A stretch of DNA of 64,000 nucleotides. It comes from a virus. The notes below the pieces were generated by a model, which had not been told where the DNA came from, did no database searches, and saw only the letters and a list, made by a program, of their open reading frames with translations. The stretch lies in the IMG/VR virus record IMGVR_UViG_3300014838_000014, positions 46,372 through 110,371 of that record; one strand, written 5' to 3'. Positions within the stretch are counted from its first letter, which is position 1, and each line of letters starts with the position of its first letter. This document shows, piece by piece, positions 9,676-19,188 of the stretch. The position numbers and the translations under genes were made by a program.

Positions 9676-11370
9676 TTACTTCTTCCTCTTCGTTCCCATC
9701 GCTAAGTTCTTCGGATCGTTGGGATCCCACTCGTATTTTCCACCTATTGCACCGGCGCCTCCACCAAAACTAGTGAAGCCGTCTCCACCAAAAAACTCGT
9801 TGTTACCAAATCCTGACCCGCCGCCGCCCATACCTGCAAACCTGTTCGTGCCGTGCGACGGCGACGACATGCCACGGACGGTTTTGATCGGTTGACGAGC
9901 GTTGTACTTGAAACCAATCTCGTTCTCAAGAGCGTTTCTGACCTTGTCGATGTCATGACGACCTGGGACAGTGATTCGAGGATCGTTCAACCTTTTGATG
10001 GTGATGTTTCTTGCTAAGGCTTGCAACTCAAGAAAAGAGTACTCGTACTCGTCGTTCGATAGCTTGAACTCAACGAATGCGTCGATGTTCTTGAACTCTG
10101 GTTCAGCCTGCATTTCGCCGATCGTTTCCTCTGCATCTGATTCAACGGTGTCCTTGTACGATGGCTTGACTTCCCACTTCTTCAATTTTGGACCCTTGTC
10201 AAGGTTACGCTCCGCAACGTCATCTGGATCGGGCGTGTATACATACTTGACGCCAAGCTTTCTGTAACCAGGTCCACCTTCGTTTACGATCTCACTTAGC
10301 ACAAGATCATTGATGTACTGCCTCACTTCTTCAACGGGATCCCACGTTTGAGTGTGTTCGCCTCCTGTCTTTTTGACGTTTGCCTTGCCGTTGTCGATCG
10401 AAACCTCGGCCTGTTCACCCGCCGCAAACTTCGTATCATAATCTCCAGCATATGCTTGACCCTTCACTCGTGTGTGTACAGGCCATGAACCGATCGAGTT
10501 TGATCCTGGTTTCTTTCCTCTGATTCGAGGATATATTTTGTACGTTGTTTTCTTCCCGCTCTTGTTTGTTTGTGCTTTACTCGTAGCGCTCGATGTTGGA
10601 GCGTTTTTGTCGCTGCCGGAGCAAAGCGTCGCTCCATTTCGAATTGTCGTGTGTTCTATATACTTTCCATCTATAACAAGTATGTTTCGACCACACTTGT
10701 CGCAGTACATCATCGTTGTTTGATTTTGTCGTTTGCTTTTATCTCTTGGCGGAGAATTAAAAGTTTCAGCCCAACCACAGTGTAATTTATCGTAAATCAA
10801 TCCATACGCATAACGTCTTGCCATTCTTTGCGTTTCAAATGATTTTTTTTCTTCCCTTATCAAATCTTTGTTGATAAAAGATCCTCCACGAATAAATACG
10901 TTTGCATCTTCAATGCGAATTTCAAAAAATAAATCTTTTGCTCTATGGATGAAACTTCTTGGCCAGTTTCCGCCTCGTTCAGAATATTCAGAAACGTATT
11001 TTGCTCGTTCGTCCCAATAGTTATTCTTTGGCGGCGTTTGTGATGGTTGAGGTGCAGACGACGCGGGTCGTACGGGGTTTTCCTTTGGCACCTGTTTAAC
11101 GTTCTGATCGTCGTAACCCTTGAACTCCGGTCCGTAGCGAAACTTGCTCGTCTTATCCAACAGACGATCCTTCGCAAGGTTTATGTCGACCATTTTGCCG
11201 TGCGCAGATGGATCGTCAACGTTACGATCGGGATGGTACTGTGTCGCCAACCTTCGCCATGCCTTCTTGATTTCTTCATCAGAGGCGTTAGGTGACACAC
11301 CAAGAACGTCGTACGCATTCTTTATGGCTTCCTGTATCAAACGAGCGATGACGCGAGAACCGATCTTCAT
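9676..11370 (-). CDS. Multidomain J-domain protein (leader peptide, DnaJ domain, WGR-like domain, Zn ribbon, shared unknown domain, Gly-rich tail)
   Basis: AYDVLGV...[18 protein letters not shown] (intact HPD); FFEIRIE..VFIRGG...F.....A......KL..GW.E; CDKC; start MKIGSR at 11370 after CTATTTA motif. Confidence 0.8.
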   Translation of the reverse strand: MKIGSRVIARLIQEAIKNAYDVLGVSPNASDEEIKKAWRRLATQYHPDRNVDDPSAHGKMVDINLAKDRLLDKTSKFRYGPEFKGYDDQNVKQVPKENPVRPASSAPQPSQTPPKNNYWDERAKYVSEYSERGGNWPRSFIHRAKDLFFEIRIEDANVFIRGGSFINKDLIREEKKSFETQRMARRYAYGLIYDKLHCGWAETFNSPPRDKSKRQNQTTMMYCDKCGRNILVIDGKYIEHTTIRNGATLCSGSDKNAPTSSATSKAQTNKSGKKTTYKIYPRIRGKKPGSNSIGSWPVHTRVKGQAYAGDYDTKFAAGEQAEVSIDNGKANVKKTGGEHTQTWDPVEEVRQYINDLVLSEIVNEGGPGYRKLGVKYVYTPDPDDVAERNLDKGPKLKKWEVKPSYKDTVESDAEETIGEMQAEPEFKNIDAFVEFKLSNDEYEYSFLELQALARNITIKRLNDPRITVPGRHDIDKVRNALENEIGFKYNARQPIKTVRGMSSPSHGTNRFAGMGGGGSGFGNNEFFGGDGFTSFGGGAGAIGGKYEWDPNDPKNLAMGTKRKK

Positions 11371-11419
11371 TTCCCTAAATAGGTTGTAAATGAAACAGAT
11401 CAAGTGTAAGATTGTGTGC

Positions 11420-12718
11420 ATGAAGCAACGCCTGCTCGTTCAAACGCAGCTGTCGAACATCGTCAACGGAAAATTTGACTTAGGTGCAGACTCTGGATGG
11501 CAGATGATAATCAATCGTTGCCGTGAAATGTTAAAGTTGAATGCTGACCTTTACATTGACGTTCTCGTGCCATATAATGATTATTATGACAGAGGTTTAG
11601 TGCAGTTGGTTACAAGCGTGTTCGATGTCAATCCTGATTTGTGGAAAAAGTATGGTGGCGAACGCAGATTGAACTACATCGAGCATAAAATTGTTCCGAA
11701 TGCGTTAGCAACGCGTTATGATTTTTGTTGGGAAGAAGAAATATATGCTCTCGGGTTAGACGATAAGAACAACGAACGATATGACGCTGTTTACATCAAT
11801 GATCCAATGCTTCTGAGACACTACAAGGCAATGTTTCACGTTGCTGGTGGTTATCAACCAAAGTTTTACGTACACTCGCACTTCGTTGACGTACCTGAGT
11901 GTCCGAAGTTCCCGCAGGAGGCTTCGTTGTGGTTGGGTCAGTGCGAGGCAGCGCTTCGAGCCGATTACAATTTCTGGCAGTGCGAATCTGCAATGAATCA
12001 ATTCTTCGATTCGATGGGAAAGTGGTTCACTCAGGACGTCGTTGACGATGTTCGTTCGAAGTCAATGCCGTCGGATGATGGCTATTCGATGGAAGAAATC
12101 ACTCAACCCATCGATAAAAGTAAGCTGCGTTTCTCCGTTGATGATTGGAGGCTCAAGACGTGGGGAAAGATCGTTTTGTTCTTTCCAAATAGAATTTCGC
12201 ATAGCTCTGGAGATTATACGAACGGCGTGAACTTCATGTTCAACATCCTTCCTGAGCTACGAAAACGTCGCGACGATTTTGTTGTCGTATGTGGTAATCC
12301 TAACCTGAAGTTCTCGAACGATCAGTTGCTCGAACAGTGTGGAAGGAACGGATACGTCAAGTTACACGATTTCACGTTGAACCGCGATGAGTACAAGTTT
12401 GTTGCTCAACACTCGAACATTTCGTTGGGCCTTTATAACAAGGATCCATACGGTGGAACGGCTAGCAGAGAGTGCATTGAGTCTGGATGTTATCCAATAT
12501 GGTTGAATAACTTTGAATATGCTAGCATTGCCAACGAAGCAGGCGTTGGTGAATACGTTCTTGCAAAACCTGATTTAAGCGATATCGTTGACGTTCTCGA
12601 CGAAAGGATCAATTCATACAACTTTGAAGTTGTCAAACGATTGCAGAAAGTCGTTCGTAAACGTTGTTCGTACGAGCAAACAGTACCTTCAATGATGAAA
12701 AGGATGGGCCTACTATGA
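11420..12718 (+). CDS. Putative glycosyltransferase (GT-B-like)
   Basis: [39 protein letters not shown]; directly upstream of epimerase and dCMP hydroxymethylase; promoter TTGTAA-N17-TAAGAT 11384-11412. Confidence 0.6.
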   Translation: MKQRLLVQTQLSNIVNGKFDLGADSGWQMIINRCREMLKLNADLYIDVLVPYNDYYDRGLVQLVTSVFDVNPDLWKKYGGERRLNYIEHKIVPNALATRYDFCWEEEIYALGLDDKNNERYDAVYINDPMLLRHYKAMFHVAGGYQPKFYVHSHFVDVPECPKFPQEASLWLGQCEAALRADYNFWQCESAMNQFFDSMGKWFTQDVVDDVRSKSMPSDDGYSMEEITQPIDKSKLRFSVDDWRLKTWGKIVLFFPNRISHSSGDYTNGVNFMFNILPELRKRRDDFVVVCGNPNLKFSNDQLLEQCGRNGYVKLHDFTLNRDEYKFVAQHSNISLGLYNKDPYGGTASRECIESGCYPIWLNNFEYASIANEAGVGEYVLAKPDLSDIVDVLDERINSYNFEVVKRLQKVVRKRCSYEQTVPSMMKRMGLL

Positions 12719-13683
12719 AAGTTGTGATAACGGGTTGTGCAGGTTTCATCGGTAGCAACCTCGCCGTTCATTGTTTAAACTTGGGGTGGGATGTCGTTGG
12801 AATCGACGACATGAGCAACGGTCACCGTGAGTTCGTTGATGATCGCGTTGATCTGATTGAGAGGCAATTCGATAGTGGATTTAACGACGTTCTTAAATGG
12901 TCTGAACGACCAGACGTCGTTGTTCACCTGGCCGCTCTACCCAGAGTGAGTTATTCAGTGGAGAATCCTGCGAAGACGTTCGAGGTCAACGTTCTTAGGT
13001 CGATGTCGTTGATCAAGTCGTGCTGTGATAATGGCATTCCGATCGTCTTTGCGAGCTCATCCAGCGTTTATGGTGGTGCTGATACGTTGCCAACCGTAGA
13101 ATCCGATCAGAAGAAACCAAAGTCACCTTATGCGCTTCACAAGTCAACCATTGAGGATTACTTGGAATTATATGGTAAATTGTACGGATTGAAATCAATA
13201 TCTCTGCGATTTTTTAACGTGTTCGGTAAGAACCAATTGGGAAGTTCACCGTATTCGTGTGCCGTGTCTGCGTGGTTGACAGCGATTCATAGTGGTCAAC
13301 CGATGCGTTCTGATGGCGACGGAAAACAGAGCCGTGACCTGTGTCACGTTGACAACGTTACCGATGCATGCGTTAGATCGATCAAGTGCTTGTCTCGCGA
13401 TCCATCTCATACCCTTCTGGGGGCAAGATATAACGTTGCTTGTGGAAAATCAGTGACAAACAATGAGATCATAGATTACATGATGAAGAGGTATCCCGGT
13501 GCAACGAAGATAGATTCTCATTGGCGCGCCGGTGATGTAATGCATACGTTGGCCAGCATCGAAAGCGCGCGTTCTGGATTGGGTTATGTGCCCATGGTTG
13601 AGGTATGGACAGGAATTGAACGGACGTGTGATTGGTACGATGCTAATTGGGACGCGATCAAGAACATGAAGAAGGGACTATAA
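12715..13683 (+). CDS. NAD-dependent NDP-sugar epimerase/dehydratase (GalE/WbpP-like)
   Basis: GCAGFIGS, HLAALPRV, FASSSSVYG, PKSPYALHK, LRFFNVFG, GDGKQSRD. Confidence 0.9.
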   Translation: MKVVITGCAGFIGSNLAVHCLNLGWDVVGIDDMSNGHREFVDDRVDLIERQFDSGFNDVLKWSERPDVVVHLAALPRVSYSVENPAKTFEVNVLRSMSLIKSCCDNGIPIVFASSSSVYGGADTLPTVESDQKKPKSPYALHKSTIEDYLELYGKLYGLKSISLRFFNVFGKNQLGSSPYSCAVSAWLTAIHSGQPMRSDGDGKQSRDLCHVDNVTDACVRSIKCLSRDPSHTLLGARYNVACGKSVTNNEIIDYMMKRYPGATKIDSHWRAGDVMHTLASIESARSGLGYVPMVEVWTGIERTCDWYDANWDAIKNMKKGL

Positions 13684-14444
13684 TGTACTATAAAAACGGC
13701 GTGTCAGACATCAGACGGGAGTTTTCGTACCTTCTTAAGAATGGACATTTCACGAGCTTCGATCGCGAGGCTTCGATGACGAGCATCGTTGGTTCTAAGA
13801 CGATCGAAATCATCGGCGCAGCGTTCATCGTTGATGACAGCGTGATCTTTGGAAAGGTCAACGATGACTATGTCGCTCGAGAACATGCATGGTACGTGTC
13901 AAAGTCATTGAGCGTTAATGATTTTCCTGGCGGCGCACCTGAGGTGTGGAAGGCGATTGCATCAAAAACGGATGCAATGGTGAACTCGAACTACGGTTAC
14001 CTCGTGTACGGTGTGGAAAACAATTCTCAGCTTGAACATGCCATCGCTGAGTTGAAGAAGAACGAAGAGAGTCGTAGGGCGATTGTGATTTATACGCGTC
14101 CAACGATGTGGAATGATTACAACGTTGATGGAAGAAGCGATTTTGTTTGTACGAATGCAGTGCAATACGTCATTCGCGATGGTTACGTTGATGCAATCGT
14201 GCAGATGAGATCAAACGATTCTCACATAGGTTATAAGAACGATTGCGCGTGGCAAAAAACGTGTCTACGCGAGGTTGCGAGCGCAGTCAATTATCCAGCT
14301 GGCAAAATTTACTGGCAGGTTGGTTCTTTGCACGTTTATGAAAGGGATTTCTACCTCGTTGATCATTATTCAAAGACGGGCGAAACGAGCATCACGAAGA
14401 AGCAATACAATGAATTGTACCCGAGCTCGTGTTACAATCGGTGA
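13683..14444 (+). CDS. dCMP hydroxymethylase (T4 gp42-like)
   Basis: KTIEIIGA.F, RE..WY.SKSL.V.D, NSNYG, SRR...IYTRP.M, DF.CTN.VQY, MRSND...G.KND (Asp specifying dCMP), GSLHVY.R.FYLVDH..KTGET all recall T4 gp42. Confidence 0.9.
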   Translation: MYYKNGVSDIRREFSYLLKNGHFTSFDREASMTSIVGSKTIEIIGAAFIVDDSVIFGKVNDDYVAREHAWYVSKSLSVNDFPGGAPEVWKAIASKTDAMVNSNYGYLVYGVENNSQLEHAIAELKKNEESRRAIVIYTRPTMWNDYNVDGRSDFVCTNAVQYVIRDGYVDAIVQMRSNDSHIGYKNDCAWQKTCLREVASAVNYPAGKIYWQVGSLHVYERDFYLVDHYSKTGETSITKKQYNELYPSSCYNR

Positions 14445-14460
14445 AGGAGAATCGGAACAC

Positions 14461-15024
14461 ATGACATGCATATGCGGTATCGTCAAGGGTGGAACGGTGT
14501 GGCTCGGTGGCGACAGCGCCGCAACTAATGGAGGAAACCTAGATCGAACGATCATCAATGACCACAAGGTGTTCGTCAGGGAAAACGTTGCCTTCGGCGT
14601 TTGTGGATCGCCGAAGGTCATGGATGCAATCGCTCACGTTCTTGAACTTCCCGTTCACCAACCCAACGTTAGCAACCGTGCGTACCTCGTCGGTGAATTA
14701 GCACCTGCGATGACGAACGTCTTGAAAAAGCTTGATTGCGTTGTTGTTGATCCATCGTACGGAACTTGTTTTAACGGTGCTATGTTGATCGGATACAATG
14801 GAGCTCTGTATCAGATGGAGGGTAATTTCCAACTCATTCAAGCCGCTCGAGGTTACGATTCCGTCGGTTCTGGATCACCTGCTGCCCTAGGATCGCTTCG
14901 ATCAACGCGTGGTTGGAGCAATCCACGCAAGCGAATCCTCGAGGCACTGAAGGTCTCCTCTGAGGAGAACGCTGGCGTTGCGCCTCCGTTCAATGTTGTC
15001 CACGTGAAGAGCATCACGTCGTGA
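14461..15024 (+). CDS. HslV/proteasome-beta-like Ntn hydrolase 1
   Basis: N-terminal MT, GGDSAA, KVF, SVGSGS..ALG. Confidence 0.75.
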   Translation: MTCICGIVKGGTVWLGGDSAATNGGNLDRTIINDHKVFVRENVAFGVCGSPKVMDAIAHVLELPVHQPNVSNRAYLVGELAPAMTNVLKKLDCVVVDPSYGTCFNGAMLIGYNGALYQMEGNFQLIQAARGYDSVGSGSPAALGSLRSTRGWSNPRKRILEALKVSSEENAGVAPPFNVVHVKSITS

Positions 15025-15608
15025 CATGCATCGTTGGAGTCGTTGATGGTGACCATGTATTGATCGGTGGCGATTCGTTAGAAAGCGATGCATATGCCAG
15101 CGCAGAAGGCGATTCGTACGTGCTTCAACGCAACGATGAAAAGGTGTTCGTGCTCGGTGAGTTCGTCGTTGGGTTTTGTGGTAGCTATCGCGTTGGTCAA
15201 TTGATTCGTTATTCGTTCAAACCAAATTCACCGAAGGCGAACGATGATAACATAATGTCATACATGGTGAATGAATTCATCAATGTGTTACGAACAACGA
15301 TGGAACAACACGGAACGTTGAAAACTGTTGAAGGAGAGGAATCGTTCGATGCTCAACTTCTCGTTGGATGGCAAAATAGGTTGTTTGTGATCGGTGATGA
15401 TTTTAACGTTGGAATCATGAAGGATGAATGGTGTGCAATCGGTTCTGGATCCCAATTCGCATTGGGATCGTTGCACACGACGAGCGAATTAGAAGATCAG
15501 ATTTCGACCGATGAAAGGATCAAACACGCCCTTAGAGCAGCATCGATGTACAGTCCATGGTGTAAGGGACCATACACGTTGGTGAGGACGCCAATCAACA
15601 ATGAGTAA
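15021..15608 (+). CDS. HslV/proteasome-beta-like Ntn hydrolase 2
   Basis: MTCIVG, GGDS, KVF, AIGSGSQFALG; GTGA-coupled paralog. Confidence 0.75.
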   Translation: MTCIVGVVDGDHVLIGGDSLESDAYASAEGDSYVLQRNDEKVFVLGEFVVGFCGSYRVGQLIRYSFKPNSPKANDDNIMSYMVNEFINVLRTTMEQHGTLKTVEGEESFDAQLLVGWQNRLFVIGDDFNVGIMKDEWCAIGSGSQFALGSLHTTSELEDQISTDERIKHALRAASMYSPWCKGPYTLVRTPINNE

Positions 15609-16176
15609 ATCACCCACGCTTACGGTTTATACGGGACCAATGTTCTCTGCAAAGACGTCTAGGTTGTTGCTCGATCTCGAAAGGTTCAAGCACCAACACA
15701 GGAACGTCATGGCGTTCAAACCGGTGATCGACGATCGTTACAGCGACGTGGACATCGTTTCACATATGGGTTGGCGTTACCCGGCGATCGGCATAACGGA
15801 GGGTGCTGACGTCCTGAAGCTGCTTGCAGAACGAAATCATCCATCTGACGTTGTTGCCGTTGACGAAGCATTCATGGTCGTTGGCATCTCCGAGGTGCTC
15901 ATCTGGTTGTATCGCACGGGCATCGACGTTGTCGTCTCGACGCTTGACTTATCCTCGACTGGGAAACCATTCAAGGAAGTTGAGAAGCTCCTACCGTGGG
16001 CCACGAGGGTCGAGAAGTGCGTTGCTGTGTGTGCAGAATGTGGTCGCGACGCGGCATACACGCATAAAAAACTGGTTTCCGGGAACGAGATTGAGATCGG
16101 TGGCGCTGAGTTGTACGAACCCAGGTGTTTGTTTCACCATGCGTTGATCTACAAGAGACCGAAGCTTGGCGAGTGA
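15601..16176 (+). CDS. tdk: Thymidine kinase
   Basis: GPMFSAKTS, FKP.IDDRY, VAVDEAF, AVC..CG..A, IGG.ELYEPRC. Confidence 0.92.
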   Translation: MSKSPTLTVYTGPMFSAKTSRLLLDLERFKHQHRNVMAFKPVIDDRYSDVDIVSHMGWRYPAIGITEGADVLKLLAERNHPSDVVAVDEAFMVVGISEVLIWLYRTGIDVVVSTLDLSSTGKPFKEVEKLLPWATRVEKCVAVCAECGRDAAYTHKKLVSGNEIEIGGAELYEPRCLFHHALIYKRPKLGE

Positions 16177-16180
16177 TTCG

Positions 16181-16516
16181 ATGAAACCTGGCGACCTCAT
16201 CGAATGGGTGTTCAAACGTAATTCTCAACCTGTCGATGAGGATGCCGAACTCTGGTCAACGACGATGAAGCGTTGGGCTCCAATCGGCGCTCATCCCATG
16301 ATGCTCATTTCGATGACAGACGAATTCTACATGTGGTTGACCCCGAAGGGGTTGTTCCACGCGCACCCGGATGACACGCCGGTTCCGATCCCGTTAATCA
16401 CATCGACTCGGGTTGTTCCGCGCGCGTGGATGACACAGACAACTACGTGCGAACCTGGTGGCGCGAAGACAGTTATTCCACGCGACTTATCGGAGAACAT
16501 CGATGAAACCAGGTGA
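16181..16516 (+). CDS. MKPGDLIEW-family protein, copy 1 (reads through two spacers)
   Basis: Family core; 2-nt deletion in repeat 2 removes the usual stop. Confidence 0.75.
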   Translation: MKPGDLIEWVFKRNSQPVDEDAELWSTTMKRWAPIGAHPMMLISMTDEFYMWLTPKGLFHAHPDDTPVPIPLITSTRVVPRAWMTQTTTCEPGGAKTVIPRDLSENIDETR

Positions 16517-16769
16517 CCTCATCGAATGGGTGTACAAATGTAATTCTAAACCTGTTCACGAGAGTGAACAAATCTGGTCAACGCCGATGCAATACTGGAT
16601 TCCAGTCGGCATTCATCCTACGATCCTCACTTCGATCACCGACGAGTTTTATGTGTGGCTGAACCCGAATGGTTTGTTCCACGCGCGCATGGACGACACG
16701 TATGCAAGGGTGGGATGGAAGACGGGCAAGGAACGGGTCGTTCCACGCGTTGTCGGAGAACATCGATGA
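16503..16769 (+). CDS. MKPGDLIEW-family protein, copy 2
   Basis: SD GGAG inside terminal repeat of previous unit. Confidence 0.8.
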   Translation: MKPGDLIEWVYKCNSKPVHESEQIWSTPMQYWIPVGIHPTILTSITDEFYVWLNPNGLFHARMDDTYARVGWKTGKERVVPRVVGEHR

Positions 16770-17026
16770 AACCAGGTGATCTAATTGAGTGGGCGTACAA
16801 TCGTAATTTTCTACCCGTTCGTAAGAATGAGGAACTCTGGTCAACGCCGATGAAACGCTGGATTCCAATCGGCGTTCATCCCATGATGCTCATTTCAATC
16901 ACTGACGAGTTTTGTTATTGGTTGACGCCCGATGGGTTGTTTCACGCACGCAGGGATGACACCTCTGCAATCGCCGATCCCATGACGATGCGCGCCGGTT
17001 GTTCTATATGCGTGTGGATGACATGA
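16766..17026 (+). CDS. MKPGDLIEW-family protein, copy 3
   Basis: Family core; 34-nt spacer shifts the tail frame. Confidence 0.8.
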   Translation: MKPGDLIEWAYNRNFLPVRKNEELWSTPMKRWIPIGVHPMMLISITDEFCYWLTPDGLFHARRDDTSAIADPMTMRAGCSICVWMT

Positions 17027-17042
17027 GTGTCGGAGAACATCG

Positions 17043-17300
17043 ATGAAACCAGGTGACCTCATCGAATGGGTGTACAAACGTAATTCTAAACCTGTTCACG
17101 AGAGTGAACAAATCTGGTCAATGTCGATGAAGAATTGGATTCCAATCAGTGTTCGTCCCGCAGTCCTCATCTCGATCACCGACGAGTTCTACGTGTGGCT
17201 GAACCCAAATGGGTTGTTCCACGCGTGTAGGGATGACACAGGAGTCCACCACCGTGGGCTGTACAGCCGGACTCCGGTTGTTCCGCGCACGCAGGGATGA
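17043..17300 (+). CDS. MKPGDLIEW-family protein, copy 4
   Basis: Family core; stop inside repeat 2. Confidence 0.8.
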   Translation: MKPGDLIEWVYKRNSKPVHESEQIWSMSMKNWIPISVRPAVLISITDEFYVWLNPNGLFHACRDDTGVHHRGLYSRTPVVPRTQG

Positions 17301-17414
17301 CACGATGTTCGTGTGGCCTGTAAACGAGCGAGGAACGGTTGTTCCCAGTGTTGTCTGACCGATCAATTTTCACCACGAACCTGTAGTTTGAATGAATGAA
17401 GAGTAGATTAACAT

Positions 17415-17894
17415 ATGGTTTTTATTCAAGATTCTGGAGAAGAAACAATGGTTGATTGTACAAACATAGAGCGTCCTTCGTGGCCTGAAGTGTGGATGGC
17501 GCTTGCTGAGAAGATTTCTGAACGTTCATACGATCCACGTTTACGCGTCGGTGCGATCATCGTCAGCGTTGACAACACGTCGGTGTTGAGCGTTGGGTAC
17601 AACGGAAACGCGCGAGGGTTACCAAACGTGCCTGAATCTTCTGAACCAGGAAAAAGTGGGTTTTTGCACTCTGAGCTGAATGCGTGCATAAAAGCCGACT
17701 ATCATTTCTTGGGTGAGAAGGTCATGTACTGCACGCATTCAACGTGTAGGGATTGTGCTCGAATACTCATCAACTTTGGAATTTCGAGGTTTGTGTACAA
17801 AACGAAGTACCGCGATGCGTCAGGCCTCGACCTGTTGACTCAAGGTGGTATTGAAGTTATGAGCCTTGATGATGCAGTACTTAAAGCACGATGA
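17415..17894 (+). CDS. dCMP deaminase (alternative start 17448)
   Basis: RPSW, RS.D...VGAIIV, GYNG, HSELNA, HSTCRDC. Confidence 0.88.
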   Translation: MVFIQDSGEETMVDCTNIERPSWPEVWMALAEKISERSYDPRLRVGAIIVSVDNTSVLSVGYNGNARGLPNVPESSEPGKSGFLHSELNACIKADYHFLGEKVMYCTHSTCRDCARILINFGISRFVYKTKYRDASGLDLLTQGGIEVMSLDDAVLKAR

Positions 17895-18175
17895 AGAAAT
17901 TGCAGGAAATCGACGTGATTCGTGTGATGCGTGAGGAATGGAAGCTACGTGTTGATGCAGTTCGTGAAGCCGTTGACGTTGTCGCAAACGCTTGCGTTGG
18001 TGATGCAGGTGAACTTCCCGTTTTAACGCCTGGTCTCAAGGTACGACACAAGGATTCGCAGATACGTTACACGATTCACTCGATCGGTCCACGCGATGTC
18101 ATTCTGAAGACGCCTGAAGGCGAGAAGTTCCTCGTTGATTCAGGAACGTTGGAAAACGAATATCAACTTGATTGA
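17891..18175 (+). CDS. Hypothetical protein with leader motif and SH3-like tail
   Basis: MKKLQE...VMREE; PGLKVRHKDS..YTI.S.G. Confidence 0.6.
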   Translation: MKKLQEIDVIRVMREEWKLRVDAVREAVDVVANACVGDAGELPVLTPGLKVRHKDSQIRYTIHSIGPRDVILKTPEGEKFLVDSGTLENEYQLD

Positions 18176-18177
18176 TG

Positions 18178-18435
18178 CTACTCGAGATCGCCGATCTCTG
18201 GATCCCACACTTCGGTGTCGTCTACAACGATCGCTAGGTCACCATCGCGTGTGTTTAAGTCAGCTCTGACATTGTCACCCGTAGGATACCTCGTGTCACG
18301 TTTCTTGAACGTTACGAGCTTACGAATCACGGGTTTGCCATCATCATCGTCTCGACGTATGATGCTCTGATCGAGCGCGCCACCCATTGCTTCGATGTAT
18401 TCTAAAATGCATTGCTTGAGCAATTTGGTCGACAT
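18178..18435 (-). CDS. Hypothetical protein with leader motif
   Basis: MSTKLLKQCILEYIEA. Confidence 0.5.
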   Translation of the reverse strand: MSTKLLKQCILEYIEAMGGALDQSIIRRDDDDGKPVIRKLVTFKKRDTRYPTGDNVRADLNTRDGDLAIVVDDTEVWDPEIGDLE

Positions 18436-18507
18436 GTACTAGTACATATACGTCATCGAACGGGATATGTACTGAACATGAACAGTTCGTTGCTCGGAGT
18501 TAATATC

Positions 18508-19179
18508 ATGGATATCATAAAGAAGTCAGTTGACAGGGACATCGGTGAACTTGGCGTGTTCGACGAGGCCTACGTTGCGACACCAAAACCATACTCGCAG
18601 GTGTCGGAGTTCGTGTCGCAGAAAACAAAGGACGCTCACACAGCATTATATAAGGGGTACGTTGACACGTTGAACAGGGTTTCAGCGGAGCTAGACACCG
18701 CTCAAAGGTCTGACGCAGACAGCAAGCACAGCGAGTTCAGGAGCCTGAAGCTCGATGAAGCGTACAACTTAAACAGCGTTTGGTTGCACGAACTGTACTT
18801 TTCCAACGTTTTTGATTGTCATTCTGAAGTATACATGAATTCACAAGCATACATTAAACTTGAGAAGGATTTCGGTACGTTCGAGGACTGGCAGAAGGAT
18901 TTCATCGGTTGTGCACTCGGTTGTGGTCAGGGATGGGCCGTGTGCGGTTACCACATGTTTTTGAAGCGATACGTCAACGCGATGGTTAGCAATCACAGCC
19001 AGGACGTGATGATTGGTCTGTACCCGCTGATAGTTCTTGATCTTCACGAACACGCGTACTTTAAAGATTATCAAACCGATAAGAAATCGTACGTGATCGC
19101 AATGATGAAGGAACTCAATTGGAACATCATTGAGGATCGATTCAAAAAAGCGGGTGAATTGAACGAGGTTGTGAAGTAA
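18508..19179 (+). CDS. Fe/Mn superoxide dismutase-like protein
   Basis: H..LY.GYV..LN, LHELYF, DFGTFE.W, GWA, LDLHEHAYF.DY. Confidence 0.85.
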   Translation: MDIIKKSVDRDIGELGVFDEAYVATPKPYSQVSEFVSQKTKDAHTALYKGYVDTLNRVSAELDTAQRSDADSKHSEFRSLKLDEAYNLNSVWLHELYFSNVFDCHSEVYMNSQAYIKLEKDFGTFEDWQKDFIGCALGCGQGWAVCGYHMFLKRYVNAMVSNHSQDVMIGLYPLIVLDLHEHAYFKDYQTDKKSYVIAMMKELNWNIIEDRFKKAGELNEVVK

Positions 19180-19188
19180 AATTGTTAC

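Larger units (their letters stand above)
16350..17346 (+). CRISPR. CRISPR-like mini-arrays embedded in 3' ends of MKPGDLIEW copies 1-4
   Basis: Repeats at 16350, 16411, 16471, 16672, 16736, 16935, 16997, 17212, 17276, 17337 (remnant); unique spacers of 33, 34, 36, 34, 36, 33 nt. Confidence 0.7.

Noticed and set aside
13683-14444. Ordinary thymidylate synthase ThyA
   Set aside because: It matches T4 gp42 motifs and has Asp, not Asn, at the base-specificity position.
16181-17346. Integron attC cassettes or TIGR array
   Set aside because: No integrase or Nop-domain gene; the repeat is a constant 28-nt hairpin with a 61-nt period, unlike attC sites or 36-nt dual-spacer TIGR units.
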